DNA from: a virus
Taxonomy: Duplodnaviria > Caudoviricetes
IMG/VR virus record: IMGVR_UViG_3300037509_000106
Span: 1 to 52,928 of that record
Length of the DNA: 52,928 bases
Reading direction: 5' to 3' (one strand)
Part shown: in pieces, positions 42,024 through 51,835 of the stretch
How positions within the stretch are numbered: position 1 is the stretch's first letter
How the letters are laid out: the number at the start of each line of letters is the position of its first letter
The notes under the pieces: model-generated
The model's input: only the letters and a program-made list of their open reading frames with translations
Databases searched by the model: none
What the model was told of the DNA's origin: nothing
Program-made: the position numbers and the translations under genes

Positions 42024-42371
42024 GTGGCCGACACTAAGGCCCGCAACCCAAAGGTCCGCAACCTCGTGTACGCGGGCTTCCGCCTCTTCGCCCACCAGCC
42101 CGAGCCCGGCGTCGGCCAAGCCGCCGAGTACACCGTCCGGTCGCGGGAGTGGTTGGAGGACGTGCGAGCGCTCCCGTTCTACGACCGGGCCGACGTGCTG
42201 CAGGCGGTTTCGACGCAGATGCAAGCGGCGGAGGAGCAGGGCGAGCTGACCGTGCCCGACCACTGCATCCTCGACACCCTGCGCGCCTTCGTCCCCGTCA
42301 TCGCCTTTCTCTGCGGCTTCATATGCGCTGCCGCCCTGTTCCTATGGCTCGGACGAGCCGGGAGGTTCTGA
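42024..42371 (+). CDS. Hypothetical protein with C-terminal TM helix
   Basis: Hydrophobic C-terminus AFVPVIAFLCGFICAAALFLWL. Confidence 0.75.
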   Translation: MADTKARNPKVRNLVYAGFRLFAHQPEPGVGQAAEYTVRSREWLEDVRALPFYDRADVLQAVSTQMQAAEEQGELTVPDHCILDTLRAFVPVIAFLCGFICAAALFLWLGRAGRF

Positions 42372-42373
42372 CC

Positions 42374-43705
42374 GTGAAGATCAAATCCGCTTCCATCACC
42401 GATTTCATGCGCGCCGAGAAGGTCGAGCTGACCCCGGCGACCGAGCTCATCCTCATCGGCGGCGACAACGCCCAGGGTAAGTCCAGCGTCGTCACCGCCC
42501 TCGCCTCCGCTCTTGGGGGCACGAAGGCCAACGTCCGGACGCCCGTGCGCAAGGGTGCGGACAAAGCGGAGGTCGTGGTCGAGACCGATACCGGCCTCAA
42601 GATCCGCCAGTACTACACCAAGGAAGGCACCTACGGCCTGAAAGTAACGACGGCCGAGGGTGCCGAGTTCACGAAGGGCGCTGGCCACATGGCGCAGTTC
42701 TACAACGCGCTGAGCTTCGACCCGCTGGCGTTCACCCGCATGGATCCCGCCAAGCAGCGGGAGATCATCCAGCGCCTGGTCGGATTGGACTTCCGCGCTC
42801 TGGACGCCAAGCGGAAAACCCAGTTCGATCTTCGCCGCGACTTCCGCAGGGAAGGGGAGAGGCTGGAGGCACGGCTGAAGGCGCTCCCGTTCCACGCGGA
42901 CGCTCCTGAGGAAGAGCTTTCCTTCGCCGAGATGACGGCAAGGCTCCAGGAGGCGAGCGAGCACAACGCTGGGAACGACCGCCAGCGGATGCAGCTCGTG
43001 CGGATCAAGGAGGAGCTCGAGCGGCGGGACCAGGCGCTCGAAGCGGCACGGCTGCGGGTCATGGATCTTGAAGAGCAGCTTCGGGTTGCCCGCGAGACCC
43101 TCGCCCAAGCCTCCTCCGAACGCAACGAGGCGCGGTCGGTGCTGGAGAAGAAGGAGGTCGAGGTCCAGTCGCTCCAGGACGCGGACACCCTACCTTTGCG
43201 CGAGCAGATCGCCAGCGCCGAGGATGTGAACCGAATGGTCCGGCAGAACCGGGAGCGGGCGGAGCTGCAGGCGCAGTTCGACCAGGCCAAGGCCGAGGCG
43301 AAGCGGTGCGACGACGAGATCAAGCGCGTCGACGAGGAGAAGGAAGCGCAGATCCAAGCGGCGAAGTTCCCGCTGGACGGTCTCGGCTTCGACGACTCCG
43401 GCGTGCTCTTGAACGGTCTGCCCTTCGAGCAGGCGTCCAGCGCGGAGCAGCTTCGGGCAAGCATCGCCATCGGCCTCGGGATGAACCCGGCCATGCGGGT
43501 GCTCCTGATCCGCGACGGTTCGCTCCTGGACGAGAAGGGTATCGAGATCCTTCGCGAGATGGCGACCCAGAACGACTGCCAGTTCGTGGTCGAGCGGGTC
43601 GGCAAGAAGGACCCGGGCGCGATCGTCATCGAAGACGGGAAGGTTTTGGGCGCTGAAGCCACCGAAACCGTAGCCGACGAGAAGACCCTGGCAGGTGTCG
43701 CGTAA
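42374..43705 (+). CDS. SMC/Rad50/RecN-like ABC-type ATPase with coiled coil (443 aa)
   Basis: Walker A GDNAQGKSS, long coiled coil, signature ASSAE, Walker B LLIRDGSLLD; GGAGG before GTG 42374. Confidence 0.88.
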   Translation: MKIKSASITDFMRAEKVELTPATELILIGGDNAQGKSSVVTALASALGGTKANVRTPVRKGADKAEVVVETDTGLKIRQYYTKEGTYGLKVTTAEGAEFTKGAGHMAQFYNALSFDPLAFTRMDPAKQREIIQRLVGLDFRALDAKRKTQFDLRRDFRREGERLEARLKALPFHADAPEEELSFAEMTARLQEASEHNAGNDRQRMQLVRIKEELERRDQALEAARLRVMDLEEQLRVARETLAQASSERNEARSVLEKKEVEVQSLQDADTLPLREQIASAEDVNRMVRQNRERAELQAQFDQAKAEAKRCDDEIKRVDEEKEAQIQAAKFPLDGLGFDDSGVLLNGLPFEQASSAEQLRASIAIGLGMNPAMRVLLIRDGSLLDEKGIEILREMATQNDCQFVVERVGKKDPGAIVIEDGKVLGAEATETVADEKTLAGVA

Positions 43706-43950
43706 TGGCCCGCGCAATCTCCGCCGCCCTCGGAATGATGGCGGCCCTTTCCTTCGCCGGAAGCGCCGCCGTGGTGCAGTCCGTGCCCCAGTCGCGCCCC
43801 AACCCCATCCACCTCCCTGCGGGCCCAGCCCATCGAAGCGGCTCTCGGGGCGTGAACATGGGTCCCCACAACAAGCTGATGGCCAAGAAGCGCAAGGTCC
43901 GCAACCGGATCGCCCGCGCCAGCCGCAAGGCCAACCGGAGGAAAGCGTAA
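43705..43950 (+). CDS. Small protein with hydrophobic N-terminus and basic C-terminus
   Basis: TAATG-coupled on both sides. Confidence 0.7.
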   Translation: MARAISAALGMMAALSFAGSAAVVQSVPQSRPNPIHLPAGPAHRSGSRGVNMGPHNKLMAKKRKVRNRIARASRKANRRKA

Positions 43951-44225
43951 TGCCTCGCCTCGTCTCCCCCGAAGAGGCCGCTGCGCTCCTGAGCGGTGCG
44001 GAAGAGCTCGGCACCGTCGCCTTCTGCGAGCGCTGCGGTCAGGCCACGGAAGTGGATTGGGATGTCGAAGACGCCTCCTTCGATCACGCGTTCGGGACTC
44101 AACACGCCATCTCGGCCATGCCGTTCTCGATGTGCTGCGAGAAAGAGGTCTTCGACGATCCTTACCTGAGCAAGCCCTTCAGCGGCGAGTACGACCGCGA
44201 CGATTCTTGGAGGGACGAACTGTGA
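43950..44225 (+). CDS. Acidic zinc-ribbon-like protein (91 aa)
   Basis: CERC...CC; coupled ORF. Confidence 0.7.
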   Translation: MPRLVSPEEAAALLSGAEELGTVAFCERCGQATEVDWDVEDASFDHAFGTQHAISAMPFSMCCEKEVFDDPYLSKPFSGEYDRDDSWRDEL

Positions 44226-45178
44226 GCGCAGTAGCCGAAGGGCCGACGCGCGAGCAGTGGATCGCCGATCGCGCGACCTACGCGGGAGGCACGGACGCCG
44301 CGGCCATCCTCGGGGTCCACCCCTACAAGTCGAGCTACGAGGTCTGGTGCGAGAAGCTTGGCCTCGTCCAGCGCCAGGAGAGCCCGGCCATGCGGTTTGG
44401 GCGGATGGCGGAGTCGATGGTCGTCGACATGTACGCCGAGCAGTTCGGCTTCGGCTTCGAGGAGTCCGGCGTGGTGCGCCACCCGGAGCGGCCGTTCCTC
44501 GCCGGAAACCCCGACCGGCTCTTCAAGGACCGTCCCGGAATCCTCGAGGTGAAGACCACCAAGGACAACTTCACCGGCGACGGCTGGGGCGAACCCGGTA
44601 CGGACCAGGTCCCCAAGCACTACCTGATCCAGGGCGTGTACTACCTGATGCTCACGAACCGTGAGTTCTGCGACTTCGCCCTCTTCCGGCGCGACACCTG
44701 CGAAGTGCTCCAGTACCGGGTCTGGCGCGACATGGAGCTGGAAAGCACCATCGTCTCGCGCGTGGTCCAGTGGTGGGAGCGGCACGTCGTCGGCGGCGAT
44801 CCGGTGGATCCGGACGGGTCCGAGAGCGCGAGCGAGCTGATCAAGGCGCAACTTCCGAAAGGAAACGGCTTGGAGATCGCCGCGACGCCTGAGGTTGAGG
44901 AATGGATCGCGAACCTGATCCGGGTGAAGGCCCAGATCAAGGAGTTCGAGGCGCTCGAGGTCGGCCTGTCCAACCGGATAAAGCTCTTCATGGGCGAAGC
45001 CTCCGCTCTGACCAGCGTCCACGGCAAGGTCACCTGGAAGAACAACAAGGATTCCACGGAGACCGACTGGCAGGCGCTGGCCCTGTCCCTGTCCCCCAAG
45101 CCGGAGCAGATCGCCCCCCACCAGAAGGCGAAGCCCGGTAACCGCGTTTTCCGCCTGCCCAAGGCGAAGGAGTTCTGA
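44222..45178 (+). CDS. YqaJ-like (lambda-exonuclease family) nuclease
   Basis: GGTDAAAILG..PYKS, FG...E, GNPDR, LEVKT, YLIQ. Confidence 0.93.
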   Translation: MSAVAEGPTREQWIADRATYAGGTDAAAILGVHPYKSSYEVWCEKLGLVQRQESPAMRFGRMAESMVVDMYAEQFGFGFEESGVVRHPERPFLAGNPDRLFKDRPGILEVKTTKDNFTGDGWGEPGTDQVPKHYLIQGVYYLMLTNREFCDFALFRRDTCEVLQYRVWRDMELESTIVSRVVQWWERHVVGGDPVDPDGSESASELIKAQLPKGNGLEIAATPEVEEWIANLIRVKAQIKEFEALEVGLSNRIKLFMGEASALTSVHGKVTWKNNKDSTETDWQALALSLSPKPEQIAPHQKAKPGNRVFRLPKAKEF

Positions 45179-45183
45179 TTCCC

Positions 45184-46299
45184 ATGGCAATCGTAAGCAC
45201 CCTCACCCCCGAGAAGAAGAAAGAGCGCGAAGAGAAGATGAAGGCGACGCCGGCGGGGCGTCTGGAGCTCGCGCTAGAAAAGGCCGCGCCGACGATCACG
45301 AAGGTTGGAGCCAAGCACCTGACGCCTGAGCGGATGGTCAAGATCGTCGTGGGCGCCGCGATGCGCAACCCGACGCTGCTCCAGTGCGACCCCGCCACTG
45401 TGGTCCGCGCGGTCGCGATGGCGGCGGAGATGGGACTCGAGCCTGGCTCTGCCCTTAACGAGGCGTACCTCGTGCCGTTCAAGAACACGAAGGTCAGTCC
45501 GGCCCGCATGGAGTGCCAACTGATCCCTGGCTACCAGGGTCTGGTGGCCCTTTGTTGGCGCTCCGGATTCGTTGAGTCGATCGACTCGGCCGTCGTTTAC
45601 ACCTTCGATGAGTTCGAGTTCAACCGTGGCGAGGGGAAGCTGACGCACATCCCCAACATGGATGTGGTGCCGCCGCGGCGCTTCTGGCCCGCTGGCGAGA
45701 ACGACGATCCAGATCCAGACCGGTACAGCATGGTCAAATGCGTCTACGCCGTAGCCAGGCTCAAGGGTGGGCAACGGGCGATCGAAGTACTTCCTCGCTG
45801 GAAGGTGGAAGAGCTCCGTTCGCGAAGCCGAGCATCTGGCTCGGGACCCTGGGTGACCGACTGGGAAGCCATGGCGAAGAAGACGGCCATCAAGCAACTG
45901 GTGAAGATGCTTCCGAAGTCGGTCGAGTTGTCTCGTTCGCTGGGTCAGGCGATGGCCGCTGACAACGCCGTGGAGACCGGCGACCCTGCGGAAATCTTAG
46001 GCCAATTCGAGACCCTTGACGAACTCGAAGGGGACGCTCCCGAATCCTCCCCAACGAAGGGCGTGGACGCCGCAAAGCAGGCGATCAACGATGCGGCCTC
46101 GATCGACGTCGCGGCGCTGGAGAAGCACTTCAAGCTCGACAGCACCCAAACCCTCGAACTAGAAGGGAAGTGCAAGGCCAAGGGCCAGAGCTACGGGGAG
46201 TTCCTGCTCGACGCCAAGAACGCTGGCGCTAAAGGATTCACCGACCTCCTCCGCCGCGCCGCGGCGCTGGGTGAGCCAGCCCAGGAGCCGTTGGTATGA
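45184..46299 (+). CDS. recT: RecT single-strand annealing protein
   Basis: GLEPG...AYLVPF, CQLIPGYQGL, GPWVTDWEAMAKKT...KMLPKS. Confidence 0.95.
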   Translation: MAIVSTLTPEKKKEREEKMKATPAGRLELALEKAAPTITKVGAKHLTPERMVKIVVGAAMRNPTLLQCDPATVVRAVAMAAEMGLEPGSALNEAYLVPFKNTKVSPARMECQLIPGYQGLVALCWRSGFVESIDSAVVYTFDEFEFNRGEGKLTHIPNMDVVPPRRFWPAGENDDPDPDRYSMVKCVYAVARLKGGQRAIEVLPRWKVEELRSRSRASGSGPWVTDWEAMAKKTAIKQLVKMLPKSVELSRSLGQAMAADNAVETGDPAEILGQFETLDELEGDAPESSPTKGVDAAKQAINDAASIDVAALEKHFKLDSTQTLELEGKCKAKGQSYGEFLLDAKNAGAKGFTDLLRRAAALGEPAQEPLV

Positions 46300-46946
46300 C
46301 CAAGTGTTTCGCGATCGTGGAGCTGATGGGCCACGTCCGGCTTGTGGGCGAGGTCGAGGAGGTGGAAGCCATCGGTGGCCGAATGCTGGCCGTCAGCGAA
46401 ATCTGCCGAGACGGAAGCCGAAAAAGCCGCTTGTGCGGACTGGCCTCGATCTACGGGATCACACCACTCTCGGGAATGGCGGACGCCCTTGAGCAGGCAG
46501 GCGTGCCCGAACCCGGTGTTCGCGCCTTCACGGATTGCATCGACGAACTGTCCGACTTAGTGCAGCACGTTCGGGAGTCGCTCCAGAGCGAGAAGCTCCG
46601 TAATGAGGAGCGTCGGCGGGAGCAGCTGAAGCGCAGTCGCGAGCGACTTGCCGAGAACCTCGAACAGATACTCGGACTCTACCCAGCAGACCGAATGTAC
46701 GGAAACGATGGCTTTCGAGCGCACGTGAAAGTGGAAGAGGTCGTCTTGTTCGACAACGGCACCGACGTTCTCAGGCCGTTCGGACTAAAGCTCCATGCGG
46801 ATTCGCCTGCCTTGATCTTCCGGCACTTCAGTGAGATCGAGCGCTTCCTGCCCCAGGAGTGGGGAGGAAAGGGAGAAGTCCCTGGCGGCGGAGGAGTTGC
46901 CTACAACCCGTTCGAGGACAACGAGGACGAGGACGAGGACCTATGA
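46296..46946 (+). CDS. Hypothetical phage protein with acidic tail
   Basis: AIVELMGH..LVG.V.E N-domain; C-terminal YNPFEDNEDEDEDL. Confidence 0.75.
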   Translation: MTKCFAIVELMGHVRLVGEVEEVEAIGGRMLAVSEICRDGSRKSRLCGLASIYGITPLSGMADALEQAGVPEPGVRAFTDCIDELSDLVQHVRESLQSEKLRNEERRREQLKRSRERLAENLEQILGLYPADRMYGNDGFRAHVKVEEVVLFDNGTDVLRPFGLKLHADSPALIFRHFSEIERFLPQEWGGKGEVPGGGGVAYNPFEDNEDEDEDL

Positions 46947-47686
46947 GGCAGGTCTGGCTGGCCCCAAGCGACATCCGCTACCTGATCGACCAGTGCCCCC
47001 GGTGCTGGTGGATGGTGACGCGCAACCTTCCCAAACCTAAGTCGGAATTGCCCCGGCTGTTCAAGCACGTCGACCGGGGCATGAAGCAGAGCTGGGCAGT
47101 CGAGCACCTGCGGGCGCTCGGCGTCCCCGCCAAGGAGCTCGTGACCCTGGAGCGGGTGCGCAGCAAGCCCATCGAGTACCCGGAGCTCGGCGTGTCCCTC
47201 ACCATCGGCGGTTACCTCGACCGCCTGGTACTCCTGGAGGACGACACCTACGAGGTGATCGACTTCAAGATGACGGACCCGAACCCGGCGGGCCTGGCCC
47301 TCTTCGCGCGCCAGCTCCACGGCTACGTTCAGTGCCTGGAGGATCCGGCGATCGGCGAGGCGAGGGAAGTCACCCGCGTGTCGCTCGTGGTGTTCGACGC
47401 CTACGACGGAATCTTCAAGATCTCTTCGGAGAACCTGAAGAAGGCGACCGAGAACCCCGGGCTCGTCACCTTCAGCGCGGGCCAGATGGGGCGGGTCGTT
47501 TACCGGCCGCTGGAACTGGACCGCTCCTCCTTCTTTGAGGAACTCGAGCGGATCGCGGGCATCGCGGCGCGGCTGGAGATGCCGGAGTCCGGGGCCAACT
47601 GCACGGTCTGCGCCCACGCGGCCGAGATCAACCGCTTCACGCGCCAGTACGAAGAGCGCCGGCGAGAACTGGCGGGTGCCGCGTGA
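46943..47686 (+). CDS. Cas4/RecB-like PD-(D/E)XK nuclease
   Basis: CPRC, GYLDRL, VIDFK, QLHGY, C-terminal CTVC. Confidence 0.88.
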   Translation: MRQVWLAPSDIRYLIDQCPRCWWMVTRNLPKPKSELPRLFKHVDRGMKQSWAVEHLRALGVPAKELVTLERVRSKPIEYPELGVSLTIGGYLDRLVLLEDDTYEVIDFKMTDPNPAGLALFARQLHGYVQCLEDPAIGEAREVTRVSLVVFDAYDGIFKISSENLKKATENPGLVTFSAGQMGRVVYRPLELDRSSFFEELERIAGIAARLEMPESGANCTVCAHAAEINRFTRQYEERRRELAGAA

Positions 47687-48081
47687 ACGAGCTCCTGGAG
47701 CAGCTTGCCGAGGCGCTGCAAAAGGCGTCTCCGAGCCTTGAAATCGACACGGACGGGTGGCTCCGCATCTCGGACACAGAGCGGGACCTTACGGTCTCTT
47801 GTGCCGACTACATGCCTGATTGGTCTAACGGTGAGTTCATCGTGTGGACCCTTGACCTGTTAGAGGAGTGGGGGTGGTGGCCAAGCCTCAAGCCGAAGGA
47901 CGAAACCGGCAAGTACCGCCTCTACATGTCGAACGCGAACTCAGCCAGCCCTTGCTGGGACGAAGGCGACACCCGGGCTGAAGTCGTGGCAAAGGCTCTT
48001 CTGCACGCGGCAAAGGCGCGACTGTCCGAGCCGGCTGAAGCTCCTGGGCTGGACCACCTGCCGGAGGCGAACCATGGCTGA
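47683..48081 (+). CDS. Hypothetical protein (132 aa)
   Basis: GTGA-coupled. Confidence 0.7.
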   Translation: MNELLEQLAEALQKASPSLEIDTDGWLRISDTERDLTVSCADYMPDWSNGEFIVWTLDLLEEWGWWPSLKPKDETGKYRLYMSNANSASPCWDEGDTRAEVVAKALLHAAKARLSEPAEAPGLDHLPEANHG

Positions 48082-49777
48082 CCTGAAGATCGCCGAGACA
48101 CTCATCCTGCCAATGGACGCCGTGGTTCAGCGCCTAGCCTTCATCGGCACGTCGAACAGCGGCAAGACCTACGGCGCAACGAAGCTCGCGGAGCTCATGT
48201 GGCACGCGGGGCTCCAGTTCGTGGCGCTCGACGTGATGGGCATCTGGTACGGCCTCCGCATCGACGGGAGTGGGGAAGGGCCGGGCGTCCCCATCACCAT
48301 CTTCGGCGGCCGGCACGGAGACGTGCCCGTAACCGAGCACGACGGGGAAGTCGTCGCGCAACTGATCTTCGACCACGGCATCAGCGCCATCGTCGACATC
48401 AGCGAGTTCGAGGACGACGCCCAGAAGAACCGCTTCGCCGCGAGGTTCGCGCAGCGCATCTACCTGCTCAAGAAGCGCAAGCCCGGAGCGATCCACCTGT
48501 TCCTCGAGGAAGCCCACGAGTACCTGCCCCAGAACGTGCAGGGCGGCGAATCGCAGATGCTCCACGTGTGGAACCGCGTATGGAAGCAAGGCGGCAACTT
48601 CGGCATCGGGGGTTCCATCATCACGCAGCGGCCGCAGGACGTGAACAAGAAGGCGCTCGAGCTCTCCGCCTGTGTGTTCGCCTTCAACACGACGGGAAGC
48701 AACGCGGTCGACGCCATGCGCAAGTGGATGGGCGCGCAGGAGACGTCGGGCCTGCAGTCCCTCCAGCAGGGAGAGTGCGTGGTGTGGAGCCCGTCCTGGC
48801 TCCAGGTGCTGGAGAAGGTCAAGATCGCCCCGAAGACCACCTTCCACGCGCGGTTCGACCCCAGCAAAGCTCAGCCGATCGACACGGCGCAACGCTCCCT
48901 CGCCCCGGTGGAGGTCGCGACACTTCGCCAGGCGCTGGCCGAAACGGTGAAGGCAGAGGAGGAGAACGATCCGAGGGCGCTTAAGGCGCGGATCGCCGAG
49001 CTGGAAAGCCACTCGAAAGCTACTGGAAAGGATTTCCTTTCGAGTAGCGAGATCGACGGCATCGTCGCAGAGGAAGTGGCGAGGGCCACGAAGCCGCTCG
49101 AGGAGCGGAACGCGCACCTGGAGTGGATCATCGGTGAGGTCAACCAGATCGCGCAGCGCCTGGGGAGCATCACCAGCATCGAGAAGTTCAGCGGCCACAC
49201 CGCGAAGGCAGAGCGCTCGTTGGAGATTCCAGAGGACCTCAAGCTGCCGATTTCGGAGACGCCCGCCGTGGAGCCTGCAGACCCCGCAGCCGCGCCATCG
49301 CTGACCCCAAAGCACCAAGCGATGCTCGACACGCTCGCCCAGTTGGAAGCCATTGGCGGAGGCGGTGCCGACCGGCGGCTGCTCGCGGCGCTAACAAGCC
49401 AATCGCCGAAGTCCAGCGCTTACGAGGCGAAGCTTCGCGACCTCCGAACCCTGGGCTACGTCGTCACTCCCGGCCCGGTAGAGCTCACCCGTAGCGGCCG
49501 AGCCCAAGCCGTCCGACCGTTGCGTCCGCCCACGCTCGCCGACCTCCACCGGCGATGGAAAGGGTTCCTCGGGCGGTCCGCCGGTCGCTGCCTCGATGTG
49601 ATCGTGCGCGTCCACCCTCGCCCGGTAGAGCGAAAGGATCTGGCCAAGCTGGCCGGCATTTCCCCGACCAGTTCGTCGTTCGACGCGGCTCTGCGCGAGC
49701 TGCGGACCTACGGCCTCGCCACCGGCTCAAAGGAGATCTCAGCCACGGCGCTGCTTTTCCCGGAGGGACTTCGATGA
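48074..49777 (+). CDS. HerA/FtsK-family (DUF87-like) ATPase with C-terminal winged-helix-like repeats
   Basis: GTSNSGKT, LFLEEAHE, TQRP; two similar C-terminal units (SPKSSAYEAKLRDLRTLG and SPTSSSFDAALRELRTYG). Confidence 0.85.
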   Translation: MADLKIAETLILPMDAVVQRLAFIGTSNSGKTYGATKLAELMWHAGLQFVALDVMGIWYGLRIDGSGEGPGVPITIFGGRHGDVPVTEHDGEVVAQLIFDHGISAIVDISEFEDDAQKNRFAARFAQRIYLLKKRKPGAIHLFLEEAHEYLPQNVQGGESQMLHVWNRVWKQGGNFGIGGSIITQRPQDVNKKALELSACVFAFNTTGSNAVDAMRKWMGAQETSGLQSLQQGECVVWSPSWLQVLEKVKIAPKTTFHARFDPSKAQPIDTAQRSLAPVEVATLRQALAETVKAEEENDPRALKARIAELESHSKATGKDFLSSSEIDGIVAEEVARATKPLEERNAHLEWIIGEVNQIAQRLGSITSIEKFSGHTAKAERSLEIPEDLKLPISETPAVEPADPAAAPSLTPKHQAMLDTLAQLEAIGGGGADRRLLAALTSQSPKSSAYEAKLRDLRTLGYVVTPGPVELTRSGRAQAVRPLRPPTLADLHRRWKGFLGRSAGRCLDVIVRVHPRPVERKDLAKLAGISPTSSSFDAALRELRTYGLATGSKEISATALLFPEGLR

Positions 49778-49932
49778 ACCCCCAGTACCTAGACGAGATT
49801 CCGACCGAGGTCTTGATGAACCAGATTGGGCTGCGCAAGAGGCGGCTGGCTGAGGTTCGTCGGCAGGTCCAGACGGAAAAGCAGGAGCTGGCGAAGCTCG
49901 AGGCGGAAGCGAAGAGGAGGCAACAGAAGTGA
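49774..49932 (+). CDS. Small coiled-coil protein (52 aa)
   Basis: ATGA-coupled; GGAGG SD. Confidence 0.65.
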   Translation: MNPQYLDEIPTEVLMNQIGLRKRRLAEVRRQVQTEKQELAKLEAEAKRRQQK

Positions 49933-50186
49933 GCAAGGTGGTCGTTACGACTCCGATCAACCGGCAGTCGCTGCGCAACAAGTCGAAGGACGAGCTGATC
50001 GACATCGTTCTCCTCTGCGCGGACACGAATGGGAAGCTTAGGGGCTTGATCCGCGACTCAAAGTCCTTCGTGAACTGCGCCCTGGAATTCTGGGACTGGT
50101 CGCTATTCCCGCACAGCGAGCAGTCTGCGAGGGAGTTGCGCGACAAGCTAGCGGCGGCGGTCGCTGAAGAGGACGGTGGCCAGTGA
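49929..50186 (+). CDS. Hypothetical protein (85 aa)
   Basis: GTGA-coupled. Confidence 0.7.
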   Translation: MSKVVVTTPINRQSLRNKSKDELIDIVLLCADTNGKLRGLIRDSKSFVNCALEFWDWSLFPHSEQSARELRDKLAAAVAEEDGGQ

Positions 50187-50740
50187 AGCTAATCGGCAAG
50201 AAGATCATCTTCGGTTGCGATTCCAGGGGAGATGGCCAAAGCCCCTACCTAATCCGGTGGACCCTACTGAGTTGCAAACTGGGGGCCATCTACCTCCACA
50301 AGTTTTTGAGGTCCGACTCGGACGAGCACCACGACCACCCCTGGGCTTTTGTCAGCCTCATCCTGTGGCGGGGATACCTTGAGGAAACCCCCTTTGAGGT
50401 GGAGCGAGAAGCGGAGAGTGTGGACTGGACGCGCTACCACGAGCTGATTTCGATCAGCTTACGGAGAAAGTTCACGACCAAAGAACAGGCTGAGTACGAG
50501 GCCATGGAAGCGGTGGCGGTGAGGCTAGACGACACTGAAGGGCAGCCTCGCCCGACAAGGCGAGTTCGGCCTGGCGCGCTCCTGTTTCGCAAAGCGACGC
50601 ACCGTCACCGGGTCGTGCTCGTAGATGGCAAGCCCGCCTGGTCGCTGGTGTTGCGGGGCCCCTATGTCCGGGACTGGGGCTTCTTCACGTCGAAGGGCTG
50701 GCAACGGTGGAGGGAGTACTTCGCGGAGCGTGGCTGCTAA
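50183..50740 (+). CDS. Cupin-fold phage protein
   Basis: YLHKF.RSD...HDHPW.F.S.IL.RGY.E and HRHRV motifs, with a helical insertion between them. Confidence 0.8.
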   Translation: MKLIGKKIIFGCDSRGDGQSPYLIRWTLLSCKLGAIYLHKFLRSDSDEHHDHPWAFVSLILWRGYLEETPFEVEREAESVDWTRYHELISISLRRKFTTKEQAEYEAMEAVAVRLDDTEGQPRPTRRVRPGALLFRKATHRHRVVLVDGKPAWSLVLRGPYVRDWGFFTSKGWQRWREYFAERGC

Positions 50741-51033
50741 TGAGCGTCTACGTCGACGTTCTGGTGTGCTACGGGGTGAGGGTCGGCAGACTCGGCCCTG
50801 AGACGAAGTGGTGCCACATGTTCGCGGACTCTCTAGAAGAACTCCACGCCATGGCCTCTGCTATCGGCATGAAGCGGACTTGGTTCCAGGACAAGCCGGG
50901 GTTTCCTCACTACGACCTCGTCGCCAGCAAGCGGGCCAAAGCAGTTGCGCTGGGAGCCGTGGAAGTGGACGGCCGCGAGTTCGTCAGGATCACGCGGCGA
51001 CTCAGAGAGCAAGCGGGGGCGGCTGGTGCCTGA
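50740..51033 (+). CDS. DUF4031 family protein
   Basis: MSVYVD, WCHMFADSLEELHAMA, WFQ, HYDL, AVALGAVEV. Confidence 0.9.
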   Translation: MSVYVDVLVCYGVRVGRLGPETKWCHMFADSLEELHAMASAIGMKRTWFQDKPGFPHYDLVASKRAKAVALGAVEVDGREFVRITRRLREQAGAAGA

Positions 51034-51301
51034 CCTAAACCCAGTTCCACCAGTTCTGGGTTGGGACGAGCTCCGCGAGGGTGACGTCCTCGTCCTCCCG
51101 TGCTCGAATGGGCCCGTTCCGATCCGGCTCGTCGCGACCTGCCGAAAATGCGCGAGCCCGGAAATTTGGAACCAGGTCTGCGAGTGCGGCTCGCCGACGT
51201 GCTCAAAGACCGTGCAGAGCATCAACGTCCGGCAATGCTTCGCCAACAACCCCGGGCTGATTCGCGTGAATCGGGACGATAAGGAGTACCGCAACCCATG
51301 A
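51026..51301 (+). CDS. Cys-rich small protein (91 aa)
   Basis: CRKC...CEC; coupled ORF. Confidence 0.65.
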   Translation: MPDLNPVPPVLGWDELREGDVLVLPCSNGPVPIRLVATCRKCASPEIWNQVCECGSPTCSKTVQSINVRQCFANNPGLIRVNRDDKEYRNP

Positions 51302-51501
51302 CCCCCGAGCGCTGGAACCGGCTGAACTCCGGCGCGCGGATCGTCCGCACGTTCGACCGCTCGGAGTGGGAGGTGGTCAACTCCGCCGCGATTCCCGAAA
51401 CGGCGATGGGGCACAAGCGCACGCACACCCTGCGGCGAGTGTCGCCCGATTTGATCGAGGCGACGGACGGCGGGTTCTGGGAGGAGGGCAAGGGTGGCTG
51501 A
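51298..51501 (+). CDS. Hypothetical protein (67 aa)
   Basis: ATGA-coupled; AAGGAG upstream. Confidence 0.65.
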   Translation: MTPERWNRLNSGARIVRTFDRSEWEVVNSAAIPETAMGHKRTHTLRRVSPDLIEATDGGFWEEGKGG

Positions 51502-51835
51502 CGTGTCGATCGAGGCGCACGACGAGCACGACACTGGCCCCCGTCGCCCCCGCATCGGGTGCAACGAGGCCGAGGCGATCCGCTACATGGGCTGCACCGT
51601 AACCATGTTCCAGGAGCTCCGCGCCAAGGGTGTCATCGTCCCCGTGCGCAAGGGCTACTACTCGTACCGGCTCCTGGACCTCGCCATGGAGCAGCTGGAG
51701 GAGGCGGCTCTGAAAGAGGCGAGGGCCGCCCGCCTCTTCGCCACGCCCAAAGAGCCGAAGAAGAAGGGGGACGCGTCCGAACCTTTGTCGACCCACGATC
51801 TTCTCGCTAAACTGAAAGCCGATGGGCAGACCTAA
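51494..51835 (+). CDS. xis: Excisionase-like HTH protein
   Basis: NEAEAIRYMGCTVTMFQELRAKGVIVPV HTH immediately upstream of the integrase. Confidence 0.75.
   Translation: MADVSIEAHDEHDTGPRRPRIGCNEAEAIRYMGCTVTMFQELRAKGVIVPVRKGYYSYRLLDLAMEQLEEAALKEARAARLFATPKEPKKKGDASEPLSTHDLLAKLKADGQT

Noticed and set aside
46943-47686. Cas4-like gene as evidence of a CRISPR-Cas system
   Set aside because: No repeat-spacer array or other cas genes seen; solo Cas4-like nucleases are common in phages.
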